This document shows positions 37,904 through 49,287 of a DNA stretch of 57,589 nt, one piece after another. Made by a program: the position numbers and the translations under genes. This DNA is from Octopus sinensis. Lineage: Eukaryota. The notes beneath the pieces are model-generated. The model was given only the letters and a program-made list of their open reading frames with translations. It was not told where the DNA came from and made no database searches. The DNA is taken from assembly GCF_006345805.1 (NCBI RefSeq), contig NW_021833599.1:1-57589 (forward strand), written 5' to 3'. How positions within the stretch are numbered: position 1 is the stretch's first letter; the number at the start of each line of letters is the position of its first letter.

Positions 37904-39153
37904 GGCGGTGCTGGAGGTTCATACTAATAAGAGTGATGGTAGTGATAGTCATGCTGCAGATGGTGGAGGCGGTGGCGGTTATGATGGTGACGGTGGTAGT
38001 GATGTTACTGTTTGTTATTTGCGGCGCTGGTGATGTTGGATTTGACGGTAATCACGGTGGTAGCGGCGGGGGCGGCGTAGGCGGCGGTGGAGGGAGCGGT
38101 GGCAGTGGTGATGGTGGAGGTGGTGGTGGTGGTGGTGTTGAAGTTGGTAATGCTGGTGTTGATGTTGTTGTTGATGATGATTATGATGATGATGATGATG
38201 ATGATGTTGGTGTTGGTGATGGCAACGTCTATGGTGAGCTGGTGTTGATGGTAGTGCTGATGGTTGTGAGGGTGGGGGACGGCATTACTGCTGCTGCTGA
38301 TAATGATGGTGATAGTGATAGCAGTTGCAGCGATGGTGGTGGCCATGGTGTTATTACGTTTGTGGTTGATGCTAATAACTGGTAATAACGATGGTAGCGG
38401 TGGTGGTGGTCATGGTAGGAATATCGATAGAGGGAGTGACGGCGGATCTGTTAATGGTGAGAGCGAGGAGGATGTCTGTATGGTGGTGGCTCTGCAAGAA
38501 ATGTGATGGTGGCAGTGGTGGAAGTGGTAGTGGTGGAAGTGCAGGTGGCAGTTGTGGTGATAGTGGTGGTGATGATGATAGTGGCAGTAAGGGTGTAGGT
38601 GGTAGTTGTAGTAGTGATTGTTAAGGTTGTGGTGGGATGGAATAATGACGACATGGTGGTGGTAGTGTTGGTGGTGGTGGTAGTGGTAGTAGTGTTGGTA
38701 GTGTTGGTGGCAGTGATGGTGGTAGTGATGGTTGCAGTGGTGATGTTAGAAGTAAGGTGTCTGTACTGGTGGTTATGTTGGTGGTTGTGGTGGCAATGGT
38801 GGTGGTATTGGTGGTAGTAGTGGTGGTGGCAGTAGTGATGTTAGAAGTAAGGTGTCTGTACTGGTGGTGGTGGTGGTGGTAGTCGTGGCAGTGGTGGTAA
38901 TGCCACAGATGGTCGGGCGAGTGGTGCGATGACGATGGTGTTAGTGCTTTAGTGGTGAATGTGATTGGGTTTGATGAGTTAGGTGGTAGTGTCAGTGCTA
39001 ATGGTAGTCTTTGTCCTAATTATATTAGTGGCGTGACGGTAGTAATTGCAGATGTGCGACATTGGTGGTTTTTGGTGGTGATGGTGGGAGCAGTGGCAGT
39101 GGCCTTTAATGTGAGAATGGTGTCGGTGCAGCAGCAGTAGAAGCAGCAGCAGC

Positions 39154-39202
<49 letters not shown>

Positions 39203-39205
39203 AGT

Positions 39206-39247
<42 letters not shown>

Positions 39248-39252
39248 CAGTT

Positions 39253-39315
<63 letters not shown>
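37870..39315. repeat. Cryptic (GGT/GAT/GTA/GCA) trinucleotide domain
   Basis: Direct reading; includes a 34-bp direct duplication GTGATGTTAGAAGTAAGGTGTCTGTACTGGTGGT. Confidence 0.85.
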
Positions 39316-39661
39316 TGGAGATGGATCACTGTTGTTGTTTGGCCCCAGTCAGCTGTTCGAGCCAACCTATATATAAAGGAGGTTCAAAGGCCCCCTCCCG
39401 AGCTCTAAAGTCTTGTACCTATTCAGTCGGTCTCTTTTGCCGAACCACTATGCTATATAGATTGGATTGGATGCATGTGTTCAGTCCGCTGCAGGAGGAG
39501 GGCTTCAGCATGCTCTCTGGCTTGACATGGCTTGGCAGAGAGAGATAGAGAGCCGTAGTTTTTTATAATCTTACCTAGGAGTAGCTAAGTCGATTACATC
39601 CAACCCAGTGCTCAACTGGTACATTATACTTATTTTATTGGCCTTGACAGGATTTCAACTC

Positions 39662-39742
<81 letters not shown>

Positions 39743-39762
39743 TAGATAGATAGATAGATAGA

Positions 39763-39961
39763 GAGGCTCAGGCAGGGCTGTGTGCTAAGAAGCTTACTTC
39801 CCAACCACATTGTTCGGGGTTCAGTCCCATTGCGTGGCACCTTAGGCAAGTGTCTTCTACTATAACCTCGGGCCGACCAAAGCCTTGTGAGTGGATTTGG
39901 TAGACGGAAACTGGAAACTGAAAGAAGCCCGTCGAATATATATATTATATATATATATATT

Positions 39962-40008
<47 letters not shown>

Positions 40009-40099
40009 GTGTACTTGGAAGAGGATCCGTAGCGTTTTCAATCATATATAATATAAATAATATATATACATACGTATATGAACATAATTACATCTATAC

Positions 40100-40166
<67 letters not shown>

Positions 40167-40405
40167 GCATATGAGGGCACAGGACGTCACGAACGGGTAC
40201 AACAAAAAATACGAAGTACGTATACATGAAATATGAATTATGTTTTCGAACGACGAAAGACACACCTGTGTTTGTCCTCCACCAGCGATAGATAAGTACT
40301 GGGCTCACAAAGAGCAAGTCCTGCGGTCGATTTGCTTGAATAAAGGCGGTGCTGCAGCATGGTCGCGGCCAACTGACTGAAACAAGTAACATAAAAAATA
40401 AAAGA
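39763..40405 (+). mobile_element. SINE B/C with expanded internal microsatellite and nested insert (about 40150-40262)
   Basis: Module B at 39763-39933 and partial module C at 40270-40405. Confidence 0.75.
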
Positions 40406-40413
40406 ATGTGTGT

Positions 40414-40448
<35 letters not shown>

Positions 40449-41094
40449 GGTAGTAGTTGTAGTGGTAGTGGTAGTGGTAGTAGTAGTGGTGGTGGTGGTG
40501 GTGGTGGTGGTAGTAGTAGTGGTAGTGGTAGTAGTAGTAGTAGTGGTGGTGGTGGTGGTGGTGGTGGTAGTAGTAGTGGTAGTGGTAGTAGTAGTAGTAG
40601 TGGTGGTGGTGGTGGTGGTGGTGGTGGTAGTAGTAGTAGTAGTAAACATTTAATGTTAATTTTTTATATCTTTTAGGATAGTTTAATAAATATCAGTCAT
40701 TTTCAAACGGCGCGTCGCAACATCTTGTTCCGCCACAAGATGTCGATAGGTGTGTCGCTTAAATAATAACAATTCTATTTGAAAACGATGTTTCGACATT
40801 ACGAACTAAAAATTCCCGATGAAAAGTTTTAATAACTTCGCTTTGCTTATTGAAGAAAGAATTTAAGTATTTAATAATTGATTTTGAAATTCATGTGTTA
40901 CAAGCAGTCACACACACCTCTTAAAAAACACTCGCAAACATAAACGCACACACCAAAGTATGACAGCAATAAAATTAAAAAAAACAACCAAGGAATATAG
41001 AAAATGCTGAAAAACTGAAAATGTACTGTAAGCATTTAAGTTATGTATATTTAATGATTAAAATACGTAAAACCGTTTAAAAAAACTATTTTCA

Positions 41095-41143
<49 letters not shown>

Positions 41144-41196
41144 TATTATTATTATTATTTTTACTATGATTATTATTATTATTATTATTATTATTA

Positions 41197-41420
41197 CTTT
41201 TTTTTTTCTTCTTTCAAATTTTCTTCCATTTCTTGCCGAGTGTCTTCCCGACTCCTAGGGCAAAGAAACTCATAGTGTATATTGGTAGGCCATTAAATCA
41301 AACTCAGTAGTTCGTTCATCATTTTTATTTTTTTATTTTTTTTTTAAAGTTAAATTAAAATGCATGAGCAGCAACAGTTCTCACATCGACAATGCTCTTC
41401 TCAATACGTGTGATGTACCA

Positions 41421-41422
<2 letters not shown>
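41197..41422 (-). mobile_element. 5'-truncated R4/Dong-like RLE LINE end inside (TAA)n
   Basis: Minus strand reads TGTSHVLRRALSM* (41422-41381), resembling the GTAxILRxVL C-terminus of RLE LINEs, then about 185 nt of 3' UTR. (TAA)n lies on both sides. Confidence 0.6.
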
Positions 41423-41482
<60 letters not shown>

Positions 41483-41659
41483 CATTTTGGTTTCTAGAAA
41501 GATCATAACAGTATTTTTATTTGCTTTAAAACGCTTTGAATACGTTGGACAGAAAAGAAAACGAATAGGTGCCAAAAATGACCAAAAACTATTAAAAAAA
41601 TATCAGGTACAGAGAGAAAGAAAGAAGAGAGAGAGAGAGAGAGAGAAACAGAGATAGAC

Positions 41660-41704
<45 letters not shown>

Positions 41705-41903
41705 AGAGAGAGAGAAAGAGAGAGAGACAGAAAGAGAGAGACAGAAACAGGCAGAAAGAGAGAGAGAGAGAGAGAGAGAAGGTGGAAGAGGAAACAGACA
41801 GAGAGAGAGAAAAAGAGAGGGTGAGGGAGATAGCGAGAGAGAGAGAGAGAAACAGAGAAAGAGACAGACAGAGAAACAAACAGAGAAGGTGAGAGGGGGA
41901 GTA

Positions 41904-41955
<52 letters not shown>

Positions 41956-42079
41956 GGTCAAGTAAACCATTTTAGACGTTTGATTAGAAAAAAAATCACG
42001 GATTACGGAGAGTTGCTGTGGAATTGTGTCAGGAAGATTACGGAGAATATGTGAGCGGAAAACGAAATCGCAAAAGTAA

Positions 42080-42277
42080 TTCTTTCTAATTTTGGCACAA
42101 GGCCAGCAATCTCATGAGGGCTTCTTCCTCAATGAATTACATCGACCCCAGTATTTGACTGGTACTTATTTAACGATACTGAAAGAATCGATCTTTGTGA
42201 TATTAGAAGTCAATACACGAAGGCGGACGAAGTGCCGCTAAGCACTTTGTCCGACGATTCTGTCAGCCTGCCGCCAT
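42080..42277 (-). mobile_element. SINE family A, degenerate
   Basis: GGCACAAGGCCAGCAAT...TTACATCGACCCCAG...CTGCCGCC. Confidence 0.7.
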
Positions 42278-42309
42278 TATAGTAATAATGGTAATAATAA
42301 TGATAACAA

Positions 42310-42599
42310 TGGAATCTCCCATCGAAGACTACGTAGGGGCGTTCAGCTTTTGCCGAACGAACTGCACAAATGATTTGTTTACAGAGATCGAATGTTCATG
42401 CCACACATATAAGCTCACTCTCTCCATCAAATCAACGTTACCTGAATAAGTGCACAGGTGTACCACGCGCCAGGTGTCGATGTGATTGCAGAGTAACATG
42501 AGATGAAGTGTTTTGCGCAAGAACACAACGCATCATCCATGGTAAGACTTGAAAGCACGATTTCGCGATTGTGCGTGCAACAACCCAACCACTGAGCGA
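42310..42599 (-). mobile_element. CORE-type SINE with a distinct tail F
   Basis: Minus strand: GCTCAGTGGTTGGG head, GCGTTGTGTTCTTGCGCAAAACACTTCATCTCA CORE, then a tail unlike D or E. Confidence 0.6.
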
Positions 42600-42724
42600 T
42601 AACAACAACAACAATAATAATAATAATAATAATATAATAATAATAATAATACCCCAGTGTCACTTTGATGGCATGCACTGCTCTCTCACTCAATAATAAT
42701 AATAATAATAGTTGTTGTTGTAGT

Positions 42725-42774
<50 letters not shown>

Positions 42775-42802
42775 TAGTATAGTAGTAGTAGTGATAATAA
42801 TA

Positions 42803-43250
42803 AATTCCTGATACAATACCTGGCAGTGGCTCTCATGGCTTCTGATTTTAAACCAGTTGAGCATGTCCCTTGGTGGTTGACGATGTGTACATCTCTGATC
42901 ACAAGCAAAAGTAGTCGGGGAGCACCATAGCCATAAGTTGAGAGGAATTCTTTGGGGTTTGAATGAATCACCTCTGGAAACATGGGTGTTTCGTTCAACA
43001 CTAGAACAATCTTTATTGAGGAACCTTTTAAGCGGAATGGGCTATCTACCTACCTGCAAGGTCATGCGCTGTTTATCTAGATATGAGATCTCCATGTCAC
43101 ACACATATGTTTCTGATGCATGTGCCTGGTGTACCCATATCAGACGGGTAGTCATGATGGGTATATTAGGCTTCGTATATTTGTGTCCCAGTGTCACTTT
43201 GATGGCACGCACTGCTCTCTCACTCAATAATAATAATAATAATAATAATA
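42803..43250. mobile_element. Second copy of the (AAT)n-flanked repeat seen at 1-421
   Basis: Direct alignment with a deletion of about 25 bp near 43045 relative to copy 1. AAT repeats lie on both flanks. Confidence 0.75.
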
Positions 43251-43253
43251 AAT

Positions 43254-43503
43254 GTGGAGGCGCGTGGCTTAGTGGTTAGGGTGTCAGCACCATGATCGAA
43301 AGATTGGGGTTTCGATTCCTGGACCGGGTGACGCGTTGGGTTCTTGAGCAAAACACTTCATTTCACGTTGCTCCAGTCCACTCAGCTAGCAAAAATGAGT
43401 AACGCTGCGATGGACTGGCGTCCCGTCCAGCTGGGAAACACATATGCTATTGAAACCGGGAAACCGGGCCCATGAGCCTGGCTAGGCTTTAAACGGTCGC
43501 ATT
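43254..43503 (+). mobile_element. CORE-type SINE with tail E
   Basis: GGCTTAGTGGTTAGG (A box), GTTTCGATTCC (B box), TTCTTGAGCAAAACACTT, then GCGATGGACTGGCGTCCCGTCCAG. Confidence 0.8.
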
Positions 43504-43671
43504 TATTATTATTTTTTATTATTAATAATGATAAATAAAATAAAGGGGAAAAACAAGAAATAATATTAAAAGTCTGGAGAGAGACAGGGTGAATGTATAA
43601 GTAAGGGCAAGATGGCGCCGGCTGAACGTATGGAAACCAAACTGAAAAGGCTGGTGTGGTGAAGTGAATGT

Positions 43672-43897
43672 GAGCTGGCAGAAACGTTAGCACGCCGGAC
43701 GAAATGCTTAGCAGTATTTCGTCTGCCGCTACGTTCTGAGTTCAAATTCCGCCGAGGTTGACTTTGCCTTTCATCCTTTCGGGGTCGATTAAATAAGTAC
43801 CAGTTACGCACTGGGGTCGATATAATCGACTTAATCCCTTTGTCTGTCCTTGTTTGTCCCCTCTATATTTAGCCCCTTGTGGGCAATAAAGAAATAA
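43672..43897 (+). mobile_element. SINE family A
   Basis: Near-consensus copy. Confidence 0.9.
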
Positions 43898-44969
43898 GTT
43901 GTAGTTATGATTTAAGTGAGATTTGGTAGTAGGTATTTTTAGCCGGTTGAAGGGCCACGCTGATGCCATCACATTGGTCGGAGTGGTGATGGAGGGATTG
44001 TTATTTGTGGTGATGTTCGTTTCTAATGGAGTCGTTGACGTTTCTGTGTGTTGTTGTGATTATTGGTCGATTTGGATGTCTGAATAGCTTCCTCCACCTT
44101 TTTTTTTAGAGTTTCAAAAAGGTTGGTGAAAGGATCAGTGCTGAGGCTACGATGTGAACGCCTTTTCTTGAGACCCCTTCATCGTAGATGATTCTGAGAG
44201 AGGAAAAGAAAGAGAGACACAGAGTGAGTGAGAGGGAGAAAGAGAGAGAGAGAAGTGTAGGTGTAAGCGAGAAAGACAGAGGAAGCGAGAGACACAGAGA
44301 GAAAGCGAGAGCTAGAGACAGCTAGAAAGAGAGAAAGGGAGGGAGAAAGATAGCTAGAAAAAAAAATATATATATAGAGAGAGAGAGAGAGAAAGAGAGA
44401 GGTGTAGGAGTAAGCGAGAAAGACAGAGTAAGCGAGAGCTAGAAAGAGACAAAGGGCGCTAGAAACTAGAGGGAGAGAACGAGAGGGAGAGAGAGACGCA
44501 GACACACATAGACACACACAAAGAATGACAGAGACAGACAGAGAAATGGAGATGGGAAAATGCTTGACCAATGCAGTCTTGATTGACCCCCGAGGGTGCG
44601 GAAAGGCTACATCGAGATCGGCGGTGTTTTAATTTCAATGCAGATCGCCAGAACAATACCGTTTGAACCTTGGCTCTTTCGGTCCTTTTCTACAGCTCGG
44701 AGTGTTGTTCCAGTTTTAAGACAATGGGGCAATTTGAGGGAATTCGGTTGCTATTTCTAACTAGCCAAGCAACTACGTAGAGATACCTTTTCTAAATCGT
44801 GGTTACGCTAGTTGTCTAAATTGGTGCAATTGTTCGGTGTTGGAGTGGCGTCAGAAAATGGTGTTGGTGGAGATGGACGTGTGCTGCTGTATTTTGTGCT
44901 GTTCTACTGCCAGTTATAATGTTTGTATGTGTGTATGTTTGTGTGTACGTGTGTATGTGTGTGTGTGTG

Positions 44970-45012
<43 letters not shown>

Positions 45013-45735
45013 TGTGTGTACACTGATATCTACACAGGTTATATGTGCACAATATGTGTTCCATAATAATTTCAATTAGGGAATGGCAAAAAAAAGAGAG
45101 GAAGAGAGAGAGAAAGAGACAGACAGACAGACAGACAATCAAACAGAGAGAGAGAGGGGGAGAGAGAGAAACTGAAATATGGGCGCAAGCGAAAATAATA
45201 ATAATAATGATGTTGATGATGATGTTGACGATGATGATGAGGATGATGATGCTAGAGGAATTAGAAGAAAACGACTTTAGCATAAAATAAGAGAAATCTT
45301 GATGTCACGTAAAAACGTAGTATCTAAGGATAAATAAACAAATAAATATACAAATAAATGAAGAAATAAATAATAAACTAAGGGAGGGAGACAAAGGAAA
45401 TTTGACAAAAGGGAGAAACGGAAGATAAATTGTTTAAAACGAATGATTCAACTATGATAAAGACAAAGATGGCGTCAACGTTGTAATGTAAGCTTCACTG
45501 ACTTACAGTCGCCTAATCCAATAAGATCCGTAATTTTGTCAGTCCAATCAGATCTGTTAGAATATTATAATAGAATTGCTAGTAAATGTTGTTGCTTTTG
45601 TTGTTGTTGTTGTTGTTGTTCCTGTCGTTGTTTAAGGTTCTACGAGCTTGGAGTTTCTACCGGTCCAATAAAATATGTGGGACACCAAAAATAAAATAAA
45701 TGTTCGTAGATGGCGTTAGATGTTGGCAGGGCACA

Positions 45736-45899
45736 GGCACAGGCGTAGCTGTGAGGTAAGAAGCTTGCTTTCCAACCACATAGTTCGGGGTTCAGTTCGG
45801 TTGCGTGGAACCTTGGGCAAGTGTCTTCTACTTATAGCGCTGTACTGACCAAAGCTTCATGAATGAATTTGATGGATGACGGAAACTGAAAGAAGTCTG

Positions 45900-45903
<4 letters not shown>
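45736..45903 (+). mobile_element. SINE B/C module B
   Basis: Head plus GGAACCTTGGGCAAGTGTC, ending at (TA)n. Confidence 0.8.
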
Positions 45904-45951
<48 letters not shown>

Positions 45952-45958
45952 TATATAT

Positions 45959-46371
45959 AATTAGAGATAAAACCACTATTAGGCAAATCATACAATGAAA
46001 ACTTAAGCCAATACATAAGATTTTTAAGAATTAATTTATATTATTTAAATATATATCAAAATTATTAAAAAAGATAATTAATATAACACTACGATCGTTT
46101 CATGGCTGTTCAATTCTTAAAATTTTCGAGTTACAGTCATTCTTCAGGTGGTTTACATATTTAACTTGGGGAGGTTTAATCAATAATTTTGATATATATT
46201 TAAATAATATAAATTAATTAATCTTATGTATTGGCTTAAGTTTTTCATTGTATGATTTGCCTAATAGTGGTTTTATCTCTAATTTAATATAATATAATAT
46301 TTTACTATAAAATTGGATTCAATCCTAAATCTGATTTTTCCCTGTAAGTTTGGATTTATTCCCTAATATTT

Positions 46372-46375
<4 letters not shown>
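45959..46375 (-). mobile_element. PLE-like non-autonomous element with long inverted repeat and internal hammerhead
   Basis: Arms 45959-46066 and 46182-46284 are near-perfect reverse complements. (TA)n lies on both flanks. Confidence 0.75.
46085..46153 (-). ncRNA. Minimal type I hammerhead ribozyme motif
   Basis: AACCAC-CTGAAGA-ATGACTGT/loop/ACAGCCAT-GAAAC-GATC-GTA^GTGTT: intact core, 7/8-bp helix II and palindromic ACGATCGT helix III. Confidence 0.7.
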
Positions 46376-46411
<36 letters not shown>

Positions 46412-46691
46412 TGGAACTGCTAGAAATTTTCAATTCTAACCGTTTACTGCCTTAAAAAATACGAGCACATTGGACAACGCTTATAGCTGTTCTTGTTGAT
46501 ATATAAATGTATGCGCAATTCAATAATATCGGTTTAAATAATAATATAAAGTAGTTATTAATAAATGGTGTTTGGTGCTATCTTAGTAAACAGAGTATCG
46601 TTAGATTGTTGTTCTTACATGTCCAATATGATGTTTAAATAATATAAAACAGCCATAATTAGGCTCTGATTTTGTATGTAAAATACAACTT

Positions 46692-46820
46692 ATATTTACA
46701 TTATTTACATTTGACGGATTTTTGTCCTCATCTTGTTTGTTGTTAACACAACGTTTCGGCGTAGTGGTTAAGAGCACGAGCTACTAACCCAAAGATTCCG
46801 AGTTCGATTCCAGACAATGA

Positions 46821-46874
<54 letters not shown>

Positions 46875-47075
46875 TAATAATAATAATAATATCGAAAAAT
46901 ACCTTAGGAGTGAGAACCCAGGTTCGAAATTTCCCCAAGACACCTGATGAAGGCTGGAAGGGGGTATCAGCCGAAACGTTCTGGTAACAAGAAACAAGAT
47001 GAGGACAAAACTCCATCAAATGTAAATAATGTAAATAATGTACATAATTCCTTCCTCATCTCTTAAATATAGAAC
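46692..47075 (+). mobile_element. tRNA-headed, hammerhead-bearing element with inverted 5' arm
   Basis: 46692-46760 is the reverse complement of 46970-47037. A box GGCGTAGTGG (46758), B box GTTCGATTCC (46802), (AAT)n, then the hammerhead. Confidence 0.7.
46939..46985 (+). ncRNA. Minimal type I hammerhead ribozyme motif
   Basis: GACAC-CTGATGA-A-GGCTG/11 nt/CAGCC-GAAAC-GTT^. The helix I partner GTGTT is mutated here but intact in the inverted arm (46744-46760). Confidence 0.65.
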
Positions 47076-47482
47076 TGAACTTATATTTAGTTCTTGTCAA
47101 TATCTTGTAGATAAACATGGAATAATACATACAGTATGATAAGCCTGCAGTTTCTATTAGTTTAATTAGATATTTCAAAATTTTTTTTCTTATTTTGGAT
47201 CAGGGCCAGCAATTCCGAGGGTCAATTGTAGCGACTGTAATGCTTAATGCCTCATTGTAAGGACCTTGAGTCCAAAAGAAATATTGGTAAGAGGTTTATT
47301 GCCTTAAATTGTAAGTTCACAAAAGAACAATGTTTTAGAGAAGCAAAGATCGGTGGGCGTCTTTTGCTTTCTCTCATTAATACCAACCTCTTCATCATTC
47401 ATCATCACATGTCATTAATGTCTTTGTCCAGCCCGTAGCTTCTCCATCTGTGTGCGGTCTTCATAGCCAATTTAATGAAATA

Positions 47483-47632
47483 AAGAAGCTTGTTTCCCAA
47501 CCACATGGTTCTGGATTCAGTCCCTCTGCGGGGCACCTTGGGCAGGTGTCTTCTACTATACCTCGGGCCGACAAAAGCCTTGTGAGTGGATTTGGTAGCT
47601 GGAAACTGAAAGAAGCCCGTCGTATATATATG

Positions 47633-47693
<61 letters not shown>

Positions 47694-47806
47694 ATAGTTA
47701 ATCCAAACATGAAAACACAAAGAGGAAACACAACAACGCGAGGACGTGGAACAAGTATAGTGTTATTGGACGCTCAGAAAAGAAGGAAAGAATATATATA
47801 TTATAT

Positions 47807-47854
<48 letters not shown>

Positions 47855-48187
47855 ATCCAAACATGAAAACACAAAGAGGAAACACAACAACGCGAGGACG
47901 TGGAACAAGTATAGTGTTATTGGACGCTCAGAAAAGAAGGAAAGAATATATATATATATATATATATATACAACACACACACACACATATATATTCGTGT
48001 GTCTTTGTTTGTCCCTCCACCATCGCTTGATAGCCGATGCTGGTGTGTTTACCTCCCTGTAACCTAGTGCTTTGGCAAAGATACCGATAGAATTAGTACT
48101 AGGCTTGCAAAGAATAAGTCCTCGGTGCTCCAGTATGGCCGCAGTCAGATGAATGAAACAATTTAAGGAATAAAAGAATAAAAGAGT
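47483..48187 (+). mobile_element. SINE B/C with nested duplicated insert in its internal (TA)n
   Basis: Module B at 47483-47625 and module C at 48000-48187. Confidence 0.8.
47697..47946 (-). repeat. Exact tandem duplication of a 96-bp PLE-like tail fragment
   Basis: 47697-47792 and 47851-47946 read identically and are separated by (TA)n. Homologous to 6050-6146. Confidence 0.85.
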
Positions 48188-48715
48188 ATATATGAACATA
48201 CATGCATGCAAACAAGCAAACATACCCACAACTGGATATTATGCGCGTGCGCGTGTTTGGGCGTGGGGCGTTTCTTTCTCTGTTTCTCTCTGTCACACAC
48301 ACACACACACACACATACATACACAATGCAGTAACTTGTTCGGCGCGGGCGGAGAGAGGACCAGCTGCAGGTGGATGCTTGATTGTTGCTCATCGGGCCT
48401 TTTGTCATCCTTTGTCATAATCATAATCGGGGTAGAAGAGGCAGAAGTAGTGAATCCGTACACATGATTAAGCACTTTTCCCCCACCACCACCGCCGCCA
48501 CCGCCACCCTCACCGCCATCCCCACCCTCCCCACCACCCAACGTCAAGGAAAAAAGTACAAAAAAAACAAGAAACAAAAAGCAAAAACACAACCAACCGT
48601 TGTCCCTGATCATAATTTGTCATTTGATTTGATTATGTTTTCTCATCCCTTTTCTTCTAATTTGTAGACAAAAGGAAAACAAGCGAAGCATGTTTTGTTT
48701 TTGTTTTTTATTGTA

Positions 48716-48970
48716 CAGCAATCCTTTGCCGTATCGCGGTTCACATATCGCGGTTTATTATTTAAGCTTACGTCGATTCCTCCGCGGTGTTGTTTTGCAT
48801 TTATAATAAAATGAATATATACAAGGTGGTGCTCCAGCATGACCACAGTCAAATGGCTGAAACTAGTAAAGGGATATACAAATTATATAAATAATAATTA
48901 AAAAAATACAGCACTGTTTCTACTTCGCGGGGTTTGGAACGTAACACCCGCGATTGTCGAGGGATTGCAG
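48716..48970. mobile_element. pogo/Tigger-like MITE with TA target duplication
   Basis: TA|CAGCAATCCTTTGCCGTATCGCGG ... CCGCGATTGTCGAGGGATTGCAG|TA (TIRs about 18/24). Contains a SINE module C fragment at about 48823-48872. Confidence 0.7.
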
Positions 48971-49051
48971 TATATTTGTTTAACAAAGGTGGGCCTAGAT
49001 AATTATGAGGCCCTTTCTTCTTCGGCCAAACCGTCATCAACTTTTTTTCAG

Positions 49052-49117
49052 GTTCCATTTGGATGGGGAAACGTGGGTTGAGAGTGAGGTGCTGTCTCCC
49101 AGTAAATTTGTCGAAAG
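49052..49117 (+). CDS. Candidate 66-nt internal coding exon, phase 2-2 (FHLDGETWVESEVLSPSKFVE); product unknown
   Basis: Acceptor CAACTTTTTTTCAG|G, donor AAG|GTGAGT, length divisible by 3, two open frames, unique sequence. No homology recognised. Confidence 0.35.
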
Positions 49118-49287
49118 GTGAGTGAATGTGGAGAAAATGGCTCTACGACTAAATAAGTCTTCTCTAAGCTTGCGCCAGTCGGCTGAAATTTACGGAGGAG
49201 AGAGGTGGACTTGCCAATAGTGTAGACAGGTTCTAAAGTTCTAAAGTTAGGGGCTACGCGTACATAAAAAAGAGGCCTGTGATGCAT

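Noticed and set aside
37933-38817. Gly/Val/Asp-rich ORFs resembling structural proteins
   Set aside because: Cryptic trinucleotide DNA open in several frames on both strands, with no splice structure.
43930-44190. Unique segment with short open minus frames (Thr-rich; possible esterase-like phrase)
   Set aside because: The frames are short and interrupted, and the similarity is too vague.
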